DNA of 64,000 nucleotides from Brenneria bubanii (GTDB lineage Bacteria; Pseudomonadota; Gammaproteobacteria; Enterobacterales; Enterobacteriaceae). Of the stretch, positions 1 to 10,166 are shown piece by piece. The stretch lies in the NCBI GenBank assembly GCA_022378355.1, contig JAKMAJ010000010.1:105719-169718 (forward strand). Reading direction: 5' to 3'. A program made the translations under genes and the position numbers. The notes under the pieces are model-generated. The model was not told the origin of the DNA, made no database searches, and worked only from the letters and a program-made list of their open reading frames with translations. Position 1 is the stretch's first letter. Each line of letters starts with the position of its first letter.

Positions 1-1482
1 GACTTCCTGCATGATTTACCGCCGGTCAACGCTCCAACCGTTTCCATGATCGACCACCCGGACAACCCGTATATCAAACTGCTGTTGGTACAGGGGCGGG
101 ATGACAACGATCTGATCACCGCGGTGAAAGGCATCGTACAAGGCAATATCCTGTTTCGCGGAGCAAGCGTCACCGTGGATAAGGTTGAGCAACTGACGCC
201 GCGTCAGCCTTACGACGCGCCGAACTGGGTACGGACCGACCGTCCGATGACCTTTTCCGATCTTCAGCAATACGAAGGCCAACTTCAGACCAGCGGTACC
301 GTGCCCTACCCCATTGCGCTGAACCTGAACCTGCCGCCCGACCTGTTCCTGATCCGCAGCCAGGGTATCGATATGAAGCTGAAATATCGTTATACCGCGC
401 CGCAGCTTAAGGACGGTTCGCGTCTGAGCGTGCGGTTGAATAATCAGTTTGTTCAGGCGTACTCGCTGGTGCCGGAGCACGATCAGGATTCGCTGCTGCT
501 GCGTCTGCCGATAACGCAGGGATTATGGGATTCGGATAAGAACCTGAAAATTCCGGCGCTGAAGCTGGGCACCACCAATCAGCTGCGCTTTGATTTCGAC
601 TACACGACGCTGCTTGCCAGCGGCGCGGCCGGACGATGCGAAACCTATAGCCCCATCATCAACCATGCCGTGATCGACGGCGGTTCGACAATCAACTTTT
701 CCGGCTATCGTCACTTTATGCCCATGCCGGATCTGCGCGCCTTTGTGAATGCGGGCTACCCTTTCAGCCGGTGGGCCGACTTGTCGCAAACGCTGGTGCT
801 CATCAACAAGCAACCCACGCCCTCACAGGTCAGCACGCTGCTGAATGCGTTGGGAAGCATCGGCGCACGCGTCGGCTACCCGGCGTTAGCCATGCAGCTG
901 AGCGATGACTGGGTACAGGCCAGCAAGCAGGACGTTGATATTTTGATGATCGGCGCCATCCCTCCCGAGCTGCGTAATGATGAAAAAATCAACCTGCTGG
1001 TGAATGCCGCCCAGAGCTGGGTAAAACAGCCGACCCGCCAGGCCTCAATCGTCGATGACAGCACGCTGGATGATGACGCCAAGCCAGACACGAAAACGAC
1101 CATCAGTTCTGAAGCGCCGATGTCCGCCATTATCGGCATTCAATCGCCCTATCACGATCAGCGCAGTATTGTGGCGCTGCTGGCGGATAGCCCGCAGGGC
1201 TACGTATTGTTGAATAATGCGCTGACCGATGACGGCAAACGCGCGGCGCTGTTCGGCTCGGCGGCGGTTATCCGCGATTCCGGCGTCAATAGCCTGATGG
1301 TCGGCGATATTTATTATGTCGGTCATCTGCCCTGGTGGGAGCGTATCTGGCATGCGCTGGCGACGCATCCGGTACTGCTGGCGGTCATTTCCACGCTGAC
1401 CGTTATCATCGTTGCCTGGTTGCTGTGGCGCGCGCTGAAAATAGTCAGCCGTAGCCGCCTGTCTCCTGCTGAAAAAGATTAA
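1..1482 (+). CDS. bcsB: Cellulose synthase periplasmic subunit BcsB (cyclic di-GMP-binding regulatory subunit), 3' portion; the reading frame is open from base 1, so the gene starts upstream of the window
   Basis: Frame 1 is open from position 1. There is a C-terminal TM anchor (VLLAVISTLTVIIVAWLLW) and the gene lies immediately upstream of bcsC, both typical of BcsB. Confidence 0.8.
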   Translation, partial: DFLHDLPPVNAPTVSMIDHPDNPYIKLLLVQGRDDNDLITAVKGIVQGNILFRGASVTVDKVEQLTPRQPYDAPNWVRTDRPMTFSDLQQYEGQLQTSGTVPYPIALNLNLPPDLFLIRSQGIDMKLKYRYTAPQLKDGSRLSVRLNNQFVQAYSLVPEHDQDSLLLRLPITQGLWDSDKNLKIPALKLGTTNQLRFDFDYTTLLASGAAGRCETYSPIINHAVIDGGSTINFSGYRHFMPMPDLRAFVNAGYPFSRWADLSQTLVLINKQPTPSQVSTLLNALGSIGARVGYPALAMQLSDDWVQASKQDVDILMIGAIPPELRNDEKINLLVNAAQSWVKQPTRQASIVDDSTLDDDAKPDTKTTISSEAPMSAIIGIQSPYHDQRSIVALLADSPQGYVLLNNALTDDGKRAALFGSAAVIRDSGVNSLMVGDIYYVGHLPWWERIWHALATHPVLLAVISTLTVIIVAWLLWRALKIVSRSRLSPAEKD

Positions 1483-1553
1483 GCCTCATGAGGATACTGG
1501 AATACTTCATTGCCAGCCGCCGCCGTCCTTTGTTGGCCGCTCAGGAGCGGCTA

Positions 1554-4500
1554 ATGAACGGCAGTCAACTGCGCTGGCTCAGCCTGTTACCGCTATGCCT
1601 GGCTGCGGTTCCGATAGCGCAGAGCGCGGAGGCGGTTCCCCCCAAACAGTTTCTGATAGAACAGATACGTCTGGGAGAAGCCCGCTACAAAGACGATCTG
1701 GTGCGTCAGTCGCTTTATCGTCTGGAGCTGATCGATCCGAATAATCCGGAGATACTGGCGGCGCGGATACGCCTGGCGCTGCGTCAGGGCGATCAATCGC
1801 AAGCGCGTCAGCAGTTGGAAAGGCTGAAAGCGCTGGCGCCGAACTCGCCTTTTTATCGTCAGGCGGAAATGAACCTGGCGCTGACGCAACAAGACGTACG
1901 GCAAAAATTACAGCAGGCCCGTTTGCTCTCCACCGCCGGCCGTTACGCCGAAGCCAAAGCTCAGTACGACGCGCTGTTTCACGGCGAACCGCCGACGATT
2001 GAACTTGGCGTGGAATACTGGCGTCTGGTGGCGAGGTTGCCCAACCAGGAGCCGGTGGCCATTAAACAGCTGCAGGCGCTGGATCAGCGTTATCCCGGCA
2101 ATGTATCGCTACGCATCATGCTGGCGCGTCTGTTGTTTAGCCAGCATCTTAACGAACAGGCTTACGGGATATTGCAGCAGTTGGCCACGGATCCCTCCGG
2201 CGCCGGCTCCGCATCCTCATTATGGCTGGAAATCGTCGGAAGAATGGACGTCACGCCGCAAAGCGTCGACGCATTACAGCGCTATATGACCGTGTTTGGC
2301 GAAGCCAATCAGGGTGAGTCCGGGCGCAGAATGCTCGATAAACAGCTGGCGATGCTGGCCGATCCGTCATATCAAGCCCGACTCCGCGGCCTGGAGAAAA
2401 TCGACAGAGGCGATGGCGGCGCCGCCGTTATCGGCGAGCTAAATAAAGCCCTGGCCGCATCGCCAAACGATCCGGAACTTATCGGCGCCATTGGCGTCGC
2501 CTACCTGCGCGCCGGCGAGCGGGAGAAAGCGTTAACCCAGTTTCAGCTGGCGCTGAATGCCGATACCAATCACCTTAACTCCGACAAATGGGAAAGGCTG
2601 ATAAAGAGCACGCGTTACTGGCAACTGCTCAACGAAGGCGACAAAGCGTTAAAAAACAACCGCCCAATGGTTGCGCTGCTCAAATATAATCAGGCCCGGG
2701 CATTGGATGACACCGATGCTTTCGCCCTTATCGGCCTGGGCGATGTCGCCGTCGCCACCCAAAACGACGCGGCCGCCGAAACGGCCTATCAGCAGGCGCT
2801 GCGCCTCTCGCCCAACAACACCAGCGCGTTGCGCGGACTGGTGAACATCCATCTGCGCCAATCGCCGGAGAACGCGCTGGCCTATATCAACGGCCTGCCG
2901 CGCGCTCAGCAAAATATGCTGCGCACGACGCTCAACGGTTTGCGGCGCGACATTGTCAAACAGCAGGCGGACCGGCTTTTCGAACAGCAGCAGTGGATGC
3001 AGGCCGCCGACAAATATCGTCAGGCGCAGCAGCTCGACCCCGACGATATCTGGATGGACTATCGCTATGCCCTGACCTTGCGCCGTCTCGGGCAGGCCGA
3101 TCAAGCGGATAGCATGTTGCAACGCGCCGCCGCGCAGCCCCCCGCCAATGCGGAGAAAAACTATGCCTACGCGCTTTATCTCTCCTCGACCGATCGAGAT
3201 ACCCAGGCGTTGGCATACCTTGATACGTTGCCCACCGCGCAGTGGAACAGCAACATGCATGAGCTTTCACAGCGTCTGACGCTGCAACGGGCGCTGGCTC
3301 AGGCGCAAGCGATGCGTGATGCGGGGGATGAGCGCGGCGCGATAGCCTATCTGCGCCAACAGCCGTCGAATCCGCGCCTTGATCTTGAACTGGCGGACTG
3401 GGCGCTGGCGCGTGGCGAATACGATGAAGCGCTGGCGGCCTATCAACAGGTCAGCATAAAGGAACCGCAAAATCCCGATGCGCAGCTGGGCGAAGTCGAG
3501 GCGTTTATCGCGCAGGGAAACGAGGATGAAGCGCGCCAGCGCTTACAGCAGCCCGTCGCTCAAACCGACAACACGCTCAACAGCCGGCGCAGGATCGCCA
3601 ACGCCTGGCAGGCGGTCGGCAATACTGAACAGGCGGCGACGCTGTTTCAGCGGCTGAGAATCGACGCGGGCAAAGCCGCCCCCGGCCCGGATCAGGCGTT
3701 GGTTTACCGCGATACGGCCCGATTTGAACGTCAGCGGCTACAGCCTGATCAGGCGGCGCAAGATTACCGTCAGGCCATGGTGGCCAGCGGCATCACGCCG
3801 GTTTTGCCGCAGGATAACGACGCCTATACCCGACTGACGCGTAATCATCCCTCGGATGACTGGCTGAAACGCAGCATTCGCGCCGAAGCCGCCGATACCT
3901 ACCGCCAGCAGGATATTAACGTCACTCTCGACCATGATTATTGGCAATCCAGCGGTACCGGCGGCATTTCCAATCTGAAAGCGCACGACACCATGTTACA
4001 GGTGGATATGCCCCGGAACGACGGACGCGCATTTCTGCGCACCGATACCATTGAGATGAATGCCGGGTCGTTTTCAACCAATAACGCCGGCGCCTACAGC
4101 AATGTATTCGGCACCTGCTCAGGGCAGCCGAATGGATGCGTTAATGGCAAATCGCAGAAAGCCACCGGCACCAGCGTTGCCGCAGGCTGGAAAAACGACC
4201 GCTGGGCGGTGGACGTCGGCACCACGCCGATCGGTTTTGAAGTGGTCGATGTGGTCGGCGGCATTAGCTACAGCGGCGACTGGAAGAACATCGGCTGGAC
4301 CACTACCGCCTCACGCCGCCCGATATCCAGCTCATTACTGGCATTCGGCGGCGCCAAAGATCCGGGTACAGACACCACCTGGGGCGGCGTTCGAGCAAAC
4401 GGCGCCGCTCTGGCACTGAGCTACGACCAGGGGAAAGCACATGGGGTTTGGGGGGATTTCAGCGCTTATCAGATCAGCGGGAAAAATGTCGCCGATAACC

Positions 4501-5036
4501 GCCGTCTGCGCGCCATGGGCGGCTACTACTACAAAATCGTCAATCAGGACAACCGACGGGTTACCATCGGCGTCAATAGCATGCTGTGGCATTATCAAAA
4601 GGATCTGAGCAGCTACTCGCTGGGCCAGGGCGGTTATTACAGCCCGCAACGGTATTTCTCGCTAGGCGTGCCGGTTAACTACCGGGAACGCACGGAAAAT
4701 TGGTCGTGGGAACTGGCCGGCTCGGTGTCTTTATCGCACTCGACCACCCAAAATCAGCGGCGTTATCCGGTATACAACCTGGTCGACAACGCAATCAGCG
4801 ACAGCGGCGATATCGAACAGGGCAGCAGCAGCCACGGCGTCGGCTACACCGTGCAGGCGATCATCGAGCGCCGGCTCAGCTCACACTGGACGTTGGGGGC
4901 CGGCATCGATATTCAACAGGCAAAAGACTATACCCCCAGCCACGGTATGCTATACCTACGCTACTCCGCCTCCGGCTGGCAGGGCGATCTGGACAGCCCG
5001 CCTCAACCGCTGACGCCCTATGCCGATTTTAAATAG
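1554..5036 (+). CDS. bcsC: Cellulose synthase operon protein C (BcsC): TPR-repeat periplasmic scaffold plus C-terminal outer-membrane beta-barrel
   Basis: Long TPR-like N-terminal region and a C-terminal beta-barrel-like region ending in an aromatic residue (…YADFK). Start placed at M23 (MNGSQLRWLSLLPLCLAAVPIAQSAEA), which has an AGGAG Shine-Dalgarno and a classical signal peptide. The track ORF begins at 1488 with no Shine-Dalgarno. Confidence 0.85.
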   Translation: MNGSQLRWLSLLPLCLAAVPIAQSAEAVPPKQFLIEQIRLGEARYKDDLVRQSLYRLELIDPNNPEILAARIRLALRQGDQSQARQQLERLKALAPNSPFYRQAEMNLALTQQDVRQKLQQARLLSTAGRYAEAKAQYDALFHGEPPTIELGVEYWRLVARLPNQEPVAIKQLQALDQRYPGNVSLRIMLARLLFSQHLNEQAYGILQQLATDPSGAGSASSLWLEIVGRMDVTPQSVDALQRYMTVFGEANQGESGRRMLDKQLAMLADPSYQARLRGLEKIDRGDGGAAVIGELNKALAASPNDPELIGAIGVAYLRAGEREKALTQFQLALNADTNHLNSDKWERLIKSTRYWQLLNEGDKALKNNRPMVALLKYNQARALDDTDAFALIGLGDVAVATQNDAAAETAYQQALRLSPNNTSALRGLVNIHLRQSPENALAYINGLPRAQQNMLRTTLNGLRRDIVKQQADRLFEQQQWMQAADKYRQAQQLDPDDIWMDYRYALTLRRLGQADQADSMLQRAAAQPPANAEKNYAYALYLSSTDRDTQALAYLDTLPTAQWNSNMHELSQRLTLQRALAQAQAMRDAGDERGAIAYLRQQPSNPRLDLELADWALARGEYDEALAAYQQVSIKEPQNPDAQLGEVEAFIAQGNEDEARQRLQQPVAQTDNTLNSRRRIANAWQAVGNTEQAATLFQRLRIDAGKAAPGPDQALVYRDTARFERQRLQPDQAAQDYRQAMVASGITPVLPQDNDAYTRLTRNHPSDDWLKRSIRAEAADTYRQQDINVTLDHDYWQSSGTGGISNLKAHDTMLQVDMPRNDGRAFLRTDTIEMNAGSFSTNNAGAYSNVFGTCSGQPNGCVNGKSQKATGTSVAAGWKNDRWAVDVGTTPIGFEVVDVVGGISYSGDWKNIGWTTTASRRPISSSLLAFGGAKDPGTDTTWGGVRANGAALALSYDQGKAHGVWGDFSAYQISGKNVADNRRLRAMGGYYYKIVNQDNRRVTIGVNSMLWHYQKDLSSYSLGQGGYYSPQRYFSLGVPVNYRERTENWSWELAGSVSLSHSTTQNQRRYPVYNLVDNAISDSGDIEQGSSSHGVGYTVQAIIERRLSSHWTLGAGIDIQQAKDYTPSHGMLYLRYSASGWQGDLDSPPQPLTPYADFK

Positions 5037-5308
5037 CGCTATTCGGCTCGGCTGATGCGCCGCTTCGGGGGTCCCCCCGGCAAGGGGAACCCCGGCCTGT
5101 CCGAGCAGCGGTTTATTCGGCCATCCTGACGCAGAAGACGACGGCGCCGCGCTGGAAACGGAAACGGCCGATGCCGGGCGACGGCGACTGGAGCAAGGTC
5201 GCGCCAGGCGAAATTTTCTCCTTCGCTGGCTCAAAAGACAACAAAAATGTTGCGTTAAACAACTTTAACGCTATTCTTTTATCGATTTCAATAACTCGAA
5301 GGTGTTAT

Positions 5309-5743
5309 ATGTTCAATTACCCGGTATCAGTGAGTTTTAATGAAGAGTCAGGAGAGTATGAAATTCTTTATCGGGATTTCAAAAAGTTAACCTCCGCTGC
5401 ATTCACAGAAGAAGATATTGTTCTGGAAGCGGCCCATTGGTTAACCGACATGATTAGAGAATACATTGATGCAAGGATACCGATTCCGAAGCCGTCGACG
5501 TTGCAGCGCGATGAAATACGTATTCACCTTCCCGTCCTGGTCAACCTGAAAGCGGCGTTACATAACGCAATGATCCAGACCGGTACGCGAAAAGCGGATT
5601 TGGCGCGAAAACTGAATCAGAAAGGGCCGCAGATAGACCGTCTGCTGGATGTGAAGCATGCGTCAAAAATTGAAACATTAGAGCAGGCGTTATATTTACT
5701 CGGCTACGAAGTTTGCGTTTCCATTATGGAATTAGATTCTTAA
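5309..5743 (+). CDS. hicB: HicB-family antitoxin (UPF0150/RNase-H-like N-domain plus C-terminal HTH), apparently orphan
   Basis: The 144-aa product MFNYPVSVSFNEESGEYEILYRDFKKL…QIDRLLDVKHASKIETLEQALYLLGYEVCVSIMELDS aligns along its whole length with E. coli HicB (MRYPVTLTPAPEGGYMVSFVDIPEAL…ITRLFNLHHATKIDAVQLAAKALGKELSLVMV). The track ORF 5171-5743 carries an upstream in-frame extension with no homology. Confidence 0.75.
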   Translation: MFNYPVSVSFNEESGEYEILYRDFKKLTSAAFTEEDIVLEAAHWLTDMIREYIDARIPIPKPSTLQRDEIRIHLPVLVNLKAALHNAMIQTGTRKADLARKLNQKGPQIDRLLDVKHASKIETLEQALYLLGYEVCVSIMELDS

Positions 5744-6187
5744 TTCATTGGATAATCGCAATAAAATAAATTTCGCCGGCTAAATTACCTATTGTTTTAG
5801 GCATTACCGTACCTTCTCTTTCTCATGATCGATATTTTTTACTTTGCGCGTTGCAGGCATGTCGGCGACCTGAACGCCACGTTACAAGGCGCACTAATGC
5901 GCCTTGTCGCTGTACGCGCGGGCCTCTCGGCGGATTGGCCTGCCGCCATAGGTTTTATTGGCTATATTATAAACATGATTGATTTTATATATAAAATACC
6001 GCGTTATAAAGGCCGCAATCCGTGAATCGCCCTTTGTTCACGCTTTATAGTCCACCGATAAACGGCTCTCTTTCAAAATGGCTTTCATGGCTTGAGTCAC
6101 AAAATAAAATACCCCCGCCTCGCTATACTGCTCGAATATGAAAAATAAATTAAACGCTTTTTGCTTAACATAACTGGAGCAAATATC

Positions 6188-8119
6188 ATGTTTAAAACTT
6201 TATTTGAGCCTAAGAAAATAAATCAGTGCGTTATTCCCAACCGATTGATTGTTACCGCCATGGTGGCCAACTATTGTCATGCCGACGGCACCGCCTCCGA
6301 TCGGTATATCGCCTATCACGAGGAGAAGGCGAAAGGCGGCTGGGGATTAATTATCACCGAAGACTATGCGGTCAACGAACATGCCATGGGATATCAATAT
6401 ATTGCCGGCTTATGGCACGACGGTCAGGTAGCGAGCCACAAAAAATTAACGGATACCGTGCATCGCTATGACAGCAAGATTTTCGCCCAAATCTATCATG
6501 CGGGCCGCCAGAGTTGCCGCGCCGTCAACGGCGGAATGCAGCCGGTCGCCCCTTCCGCCATTCCCTGTCCCTGGTTAAAAGAGATGCCGCGCGCACTGTC
6601 GGCGGCGGAGATTGAACAGTTGGTCAGGGATTTCGGCCAGTGCGCGCGGCGGGTCAGGCTGGCGGGGTTTGACGGCGTCGAAATTCACGCGGCTCACGGC
6701 TATCTGATCGCCGAATTTCTCTCCCCCTATGCCAATAAACGCGTCGATAAATACGGCGGCTGTCTGGAAAATCGGGTGCGGTTTTTAAAGGAAATCTATC
6801 AGGAGGTTCGACGGAACGTCGGCGCGGATTTTCCGGTGATCGTGCGCTTTTCCGCGGACGAGGGCTTCATCGGCGGTCGCGATATCGCCGAAGCGCGGGT
6901 GCTGGCGCAGCTATTTGCAGAGTGGGGACTGGATGCGCTGGACGTGTCCGTCGGCGCCTATGGCGATCACAATAAATACGGCACCGTGGCCCCCATGTAC
7001 GTCGGCCATGCCTGGACGACGCCGCTGGCGGAAGAGATAAAAAAACTGGTGAACATTCCGGTAATTACCGCAAACCGCATCAACGATCCACGGATGGCGG
7101 ATACCCTGCTGACGATGGGGAAAGCCGACTTTGTCGGTATGGGGCGGGGTTCGCTGGCCGACCCGCATTTACCCCGCAAGGCGCAAGCCGGCGAGCTGAC
7201 CTCGATTCGCTACTGCATTGGATGTATGCAGGGCTGTACCGGCAGTTTATATCTGGGCGAGCCGCTGAAATGTCTGGTCAATCCGTCGCTGGGAAGGGAA
7301 GGCGTACTGGACTACGGCCAAACCGCGACGCCCAAAACCCTTTATATCGCCGGCGGCGGACCGGGCGGCATGGAGGCGGCAAGGGCGGCGGCGATGCGCG
7401 GGCACCGCGTAACGCTGTTTGAGAAGCGCAGCCAGCCGGGCGGACAATTTCTTTCCGCGGCCTATCCGCCCGGTAAAGGCGAACTGGCGACCTATACCTC
7501 ATGGATGATTCAGGAGTTGGCAAAGCTGAACGTGGTCATCAAGTGCAATACCGAGCTGACAACAGAGATGATCCGCCAGGAAAAACCCGACGCGGTGATT
7601 GTATCGACCGGCGGCAGACCGGCTATTCCGCCGATTAAAGGCGCCAATCTGCCTCACGTTGTTTTAGCCGAGGAGGTGCTATTAGGCAACGTGACCACCG
7701 GAAATCATGTCGTCATCGCCGGCGGCGGCGAAGTGGGCGGAGAGACGGCGGCGCACCTTGCCATGCAGCAAAAGCACGTCACCATTATTGAAATGCGGGA
7801 GAGTCTCCTACAAGAGCTGGACGGCGTGAGTAAATTGCATGTCTTAAAGCTGCTCGACGAATTCAGCGTTAAGCAATACCTGAATACCAAGCTGGTCGAA
7901 ATCGCCGAACGGCATGTGGTGGTGGAAAATCAACAAGGACGCATGCATATCGCCGCGGATACCGTGGTGCTGGCGCTGGGCTATATTCCCGTCAATCAAC
8001 TGGCGAAACAGCTGGATGAATACGGTGAAAACCTGGCGGTAATTGGCGGGGCGGTGAAGACCAGCAATGCGCTGGTGGCTATCCGCGAAGGATTTGACGC
8101 CGGAATGGCGGTGGTTTGA
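6188..8119 (+). CDS. NADH:flavin oxidoreductase / 2,4-dienoyl-CoA reductase-like enzyme (old-yellow-enzyme TIM barrel plus C-terminal FAD/NAD(P)-binding domains)
   Basis: N-terminal OYE-family motifs (…GWGLIITE…HAGRQ…HAAHGYLIAEFLSP…) and a C-terminal GGGPGG Rossmann dinucleotide motif. GGAG Shine-Dalgarno 9 nt upstream of the ATG at 6188. Confidence 0.8.
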   Translation: MFKTLFEPKKINQCVIPNRLIVTAMVANYCHADGTASDRYIAYHEEKAKGGWGLIITEDYAVNEHAMGYQYIAGLWHDGQVASHKKLTDTVHRYDSKIFAQIYHAGRQSCRAVNGGMQPVAPSAIPCPWLKEMPRALSAAEIEQLVRDFGQCARRVRLAGFDGVEIHAAHGYLIAEFLSPYANKRVDKYGGCLENRVRFLKEIYQEVRRNVGADFPVIVRFSADEGFIGGRDIAEARVLAQLFAEWGLDALDVSVGAYGDHNKYGTVAPMYVGHAWTTPLAEEIKKLVNIPVITANRINDPRMADTLLTMGKADFVGMGRGSLADPHLPRKAQAGELTSIRYCIGCMQGCTGSLYLGEPLKCLVNPSLGREGVLDYGQTATPKTLYIAGGGPGGMEAARAAAMRGHRVTLFEKRSQPGGQFLSAAYPPGKGELATYTSWMIQELAKLNVVIKCNTELTTEMIRQEKPDAVIVSTGGRPAIPPIKGANLPHVVLAEEVLLGNVTTGNHVVIAGGGEVGGETAAHLAMQQKHVTIIEMRESLLQELDGVSKLHVLKLLDEFSVKQYLNTKLVEIAERHVVVENQQGRMHIAADTVVLALGYIPVNQLAKQLDEYGENLAVIGGAVKTSNALVAIREGFDAGMAVV

Positions 8120-8245
8120 CGTCGCGCGTCAACCTCCCGGCAATCATAACGGGGCGAACCGCCGTACGCCCCGCCGCCGTAGCGTCAGACGACGGCCTGC
8201 TCATGAAACGAACAATCCGCCAGGGACAGGCCGCCTTGTCGCTTA

Positions 8246-9187
8246 TCAGGCGGCGCGCCAGCAGCGAACCTCGATGGCCTGCGCCGTCGGCCGCATCGCC
8301 TGACGCTGCTCGCAGCCGGCCGTCGCCTGCGGGCAGCGCTCGCGGAAAAAACAGCCCTGCGGCAACACGCGATTGCCCGGCAGTTCGCCTTTCCGGTCCT
8401 CAACATCGCCGTCCAGCGAACGATCCACGCGCGGCACCGAATCGAGCAACAGCCGGGTATAAGGGTGTTGCGGCGCAGTGAGAACCTGTTGCGCGTTACC
8501 CAATTCGACGATTTGCCCCAGATACATTACCGCCACCCGGTCGCTCATATGACGCACCACCGACACGTTGTGCGAAATCAGCACATAGGTCAGTTGGCGC
8601 TGCCGTTGCAGTTGCACCAGCAGATTGAGAATTTGCGCCTGAACGGAAATGTCCAACGCCGACGTAGGTTCATCCAGCACGATGATATCGGGCTGCGACG
8701 AGAGCGCGCGGGCGATGGAAATTCGCTGCCGCTGTCCGCCGGAAAAAGCATGCGGCAACCGATCCAGATATTCCGGACGAATGCCGACCAGTTCCGCCAG
8801 CTCCACCGCCAGTTTACGGCGCTCACGCTCGCTATTGTGTTTCTGCAGCCAGACCGGTTCGGTAATAATGCGCCACACCGGTAAACGCGGATCCAGCGAT
8901 GACAGCGGATCCTGAAACACCATCTGCATCCCGCTGCCCAGCCATGAGGTCGGGATGCGGGCGCGAACGCACTCGCCCGCCGCCGGTTTTAGCATGCCCA
9001 TCAGTAACTGAGCCAGCGTGCTTTTCCCGCAGCCGGACTCGCCCACAATCCCCAACGTTTCGCCACGGGCGATTTGCAAATCCAGACCATTTAGCGCGTG
9101 CACCTGTTCAGTGACTTTTCCCCGCCAGTTTTTGCGGGCGGGAAAGTTGACATGCACATCCTGTAGTTCAAGCAAAATATCAGACAT
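8246..9187 (-). CDS. ddpF: D-Ala-D-Ala/dipeptide ABC transporter ATP-binding protein (DppF/OppF type)
   Basis: Walker A GESGCGKST, ABC signature LSGGQRQR and a C-terminal oligopeptide-ABC extension. It is the last gene of the ddpXABCDF-type operon. Start at MSDILLELQD overlaps the ddpD stop. Confidence 0.85.
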   Translation of the reverse strand: MSDILLELQDVHVNFPARKNWRGKVTEQVHALNGLDLQIARGETLGIVGESGCGKSTLAQLLMGMLKPAAGECVRARIPTSWLGSGMQMVFQDPLSSLDPRLPVWRIITEPVWLQKHNSERERRKLAVELAELVGIRPEYLDRLPHAFSGGQRQRISIARALSSQPDIIVLDEPTSALDISVQAQILNLLVQLQRQRQLTYVLISHNVSVVRHMSDRVAVMYLGQIVELGNAQQVLTAPQHPYTRLLLDSVPRVDRSLDGDVEDRKGELPGNRVLPQGCFFRERCPQATAGCEQRQAMRPTAQAIEVRCWRAA

Positions 9188-10166
9188 GTTCTGCCTCCAG
9201 TTGCGGATGCCAGCAGGCGGCGTACTGTTCACCGGCCCCGCAGGGCGTTAGGGCGGGCTGCTGCCGACAACGCTCGTCGGCGGCAAAACAGCGTTCACGG
9301 AACGCGCAGCCAACCGGCAGCGACGCCAGATTGGGCACGGTGCCGGGTATCGCGGGCAGCGGCGCGCGCGGTTCCGCTTCTTCCGGCGCGCAGCGCAGCA
9401 GTCCGATGGAGTAAGGGTGGACGGGATGGGCAATCACATCCCGCGTCGCGCCGTTTTCAATCACCGTTCCGGCGTACATCACATACAAACGGTCGCAAAG
9501 CTGCGACACCACCGCCATATCGTGGCTGATAAACAGCACCGACGTGCCGCTGGCGCGCGCTTTGCGCTGCAGCAGTCGCAATACCTGCCGCTGCACGGTG
9601 ACATCCAGCGCCGTGGTCGGCTCATCGGCAATAATCAGCGCCGGGTCGCAGGAAAAAGCCAGCGCAATCACCACCCGCTGACGCATACCGCCCGACAGTT
9701 CAAACGGGTAGCGATCCATCACCCTGGCGGCGTCGGAAATCTGCATTTCATTCAGCAGGCCGATGGCTTTCTGAATGGCCGCTTTGCGCGAGATCGGCTG
9801 GTGCTGGCGGATCACGTCGGTCATCTGCTGTCCGATACGCCGCGTGGGGTTGAGCGCGGTCATCGGCTCCTGGAAGATCATCGCCACTTTCGCGCCGCGC
9901 AGTTGCCGCATCTGTTTTTCGCTGGCATTCAGCACATCCTGACCCAGCACGGAAAGGCTGCCGCCGTTGATGCGATAACTGCCGGGGGGCAGCAAACGCA
10001 TCGCCAGCATGGCGGTAACCGACTTGCCGGAGCCGGATTCCCCCACCACCCCGACAATTTCGCCGCGTTTTACCCGCAGCGACACGTGATTAAGCGCGCT
10101 GACTTCGCCGTTATAGATGGGAAAACTCAGCTGTAAATTATCGATATTCAGAACGTCGTCGTGCAT
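9180..10166 (-). CDS. ddpD: D-Ala-D-Ala/dipeptide ABC transporter ATP-binding protein (DppD type)
   Basis: Walker A GESGSGKS, signature LSGGMRQR and a C-terminal oligopeptide-type extension. GGGAGG Shine-Dalgarno. Confidence 0.85.
   Translation of the reverse strand: MHDDVLNIDNLQLSFPIYNGEVSALNHVSLRVKRGEIVGVVGESGSGKSVTAMLAMRLLPPGSYRINGGSLSVLGQDVLNASEKQMRQLRGAKVAMIFQEPMTALNPTRRIGQQMTDVIRQHQPISRKAAIQKAIGLLNEMQISDAARVMDRYPFELSGGMRQRVVIALAFSCDPALIIADEPTTALDVTVQRQVLRLLQRKARASGTSVLFISHDMAVVSQLCDRLYVMYAGTVIENGATRDVIAHPVHPYSIGLLRCAPEEAEPRAPLPAIPGTVPNLASLPVGCAFRERCFAADERCRQQPALTPCGAGEQYAACWHPQLEAEHV

Noticed and set aside
5060-5100. GC-rich palindromic stretch (GGGGGTCCCCCCGGCAAGGGGAACCCCGG) after bcsC, considered as a REP element or intrinsic terminator.
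   Set aside because: The possible hairpins have loops that are too short or are not followed by a T-run. It does not match the REP consensus as I recall it. It was left unannotated as a possible structured 3' UTR only.
5825-6025. 66-codon ORF in the AT-rich region after hicB; similarly 59849-60142 between eptB and ligB.
   Set aside because: They have AT-rich, low-complexity composition, no Shine-Dalgarno, no recognisable motifs, and they lie in promoter regions of neighbouring genes.
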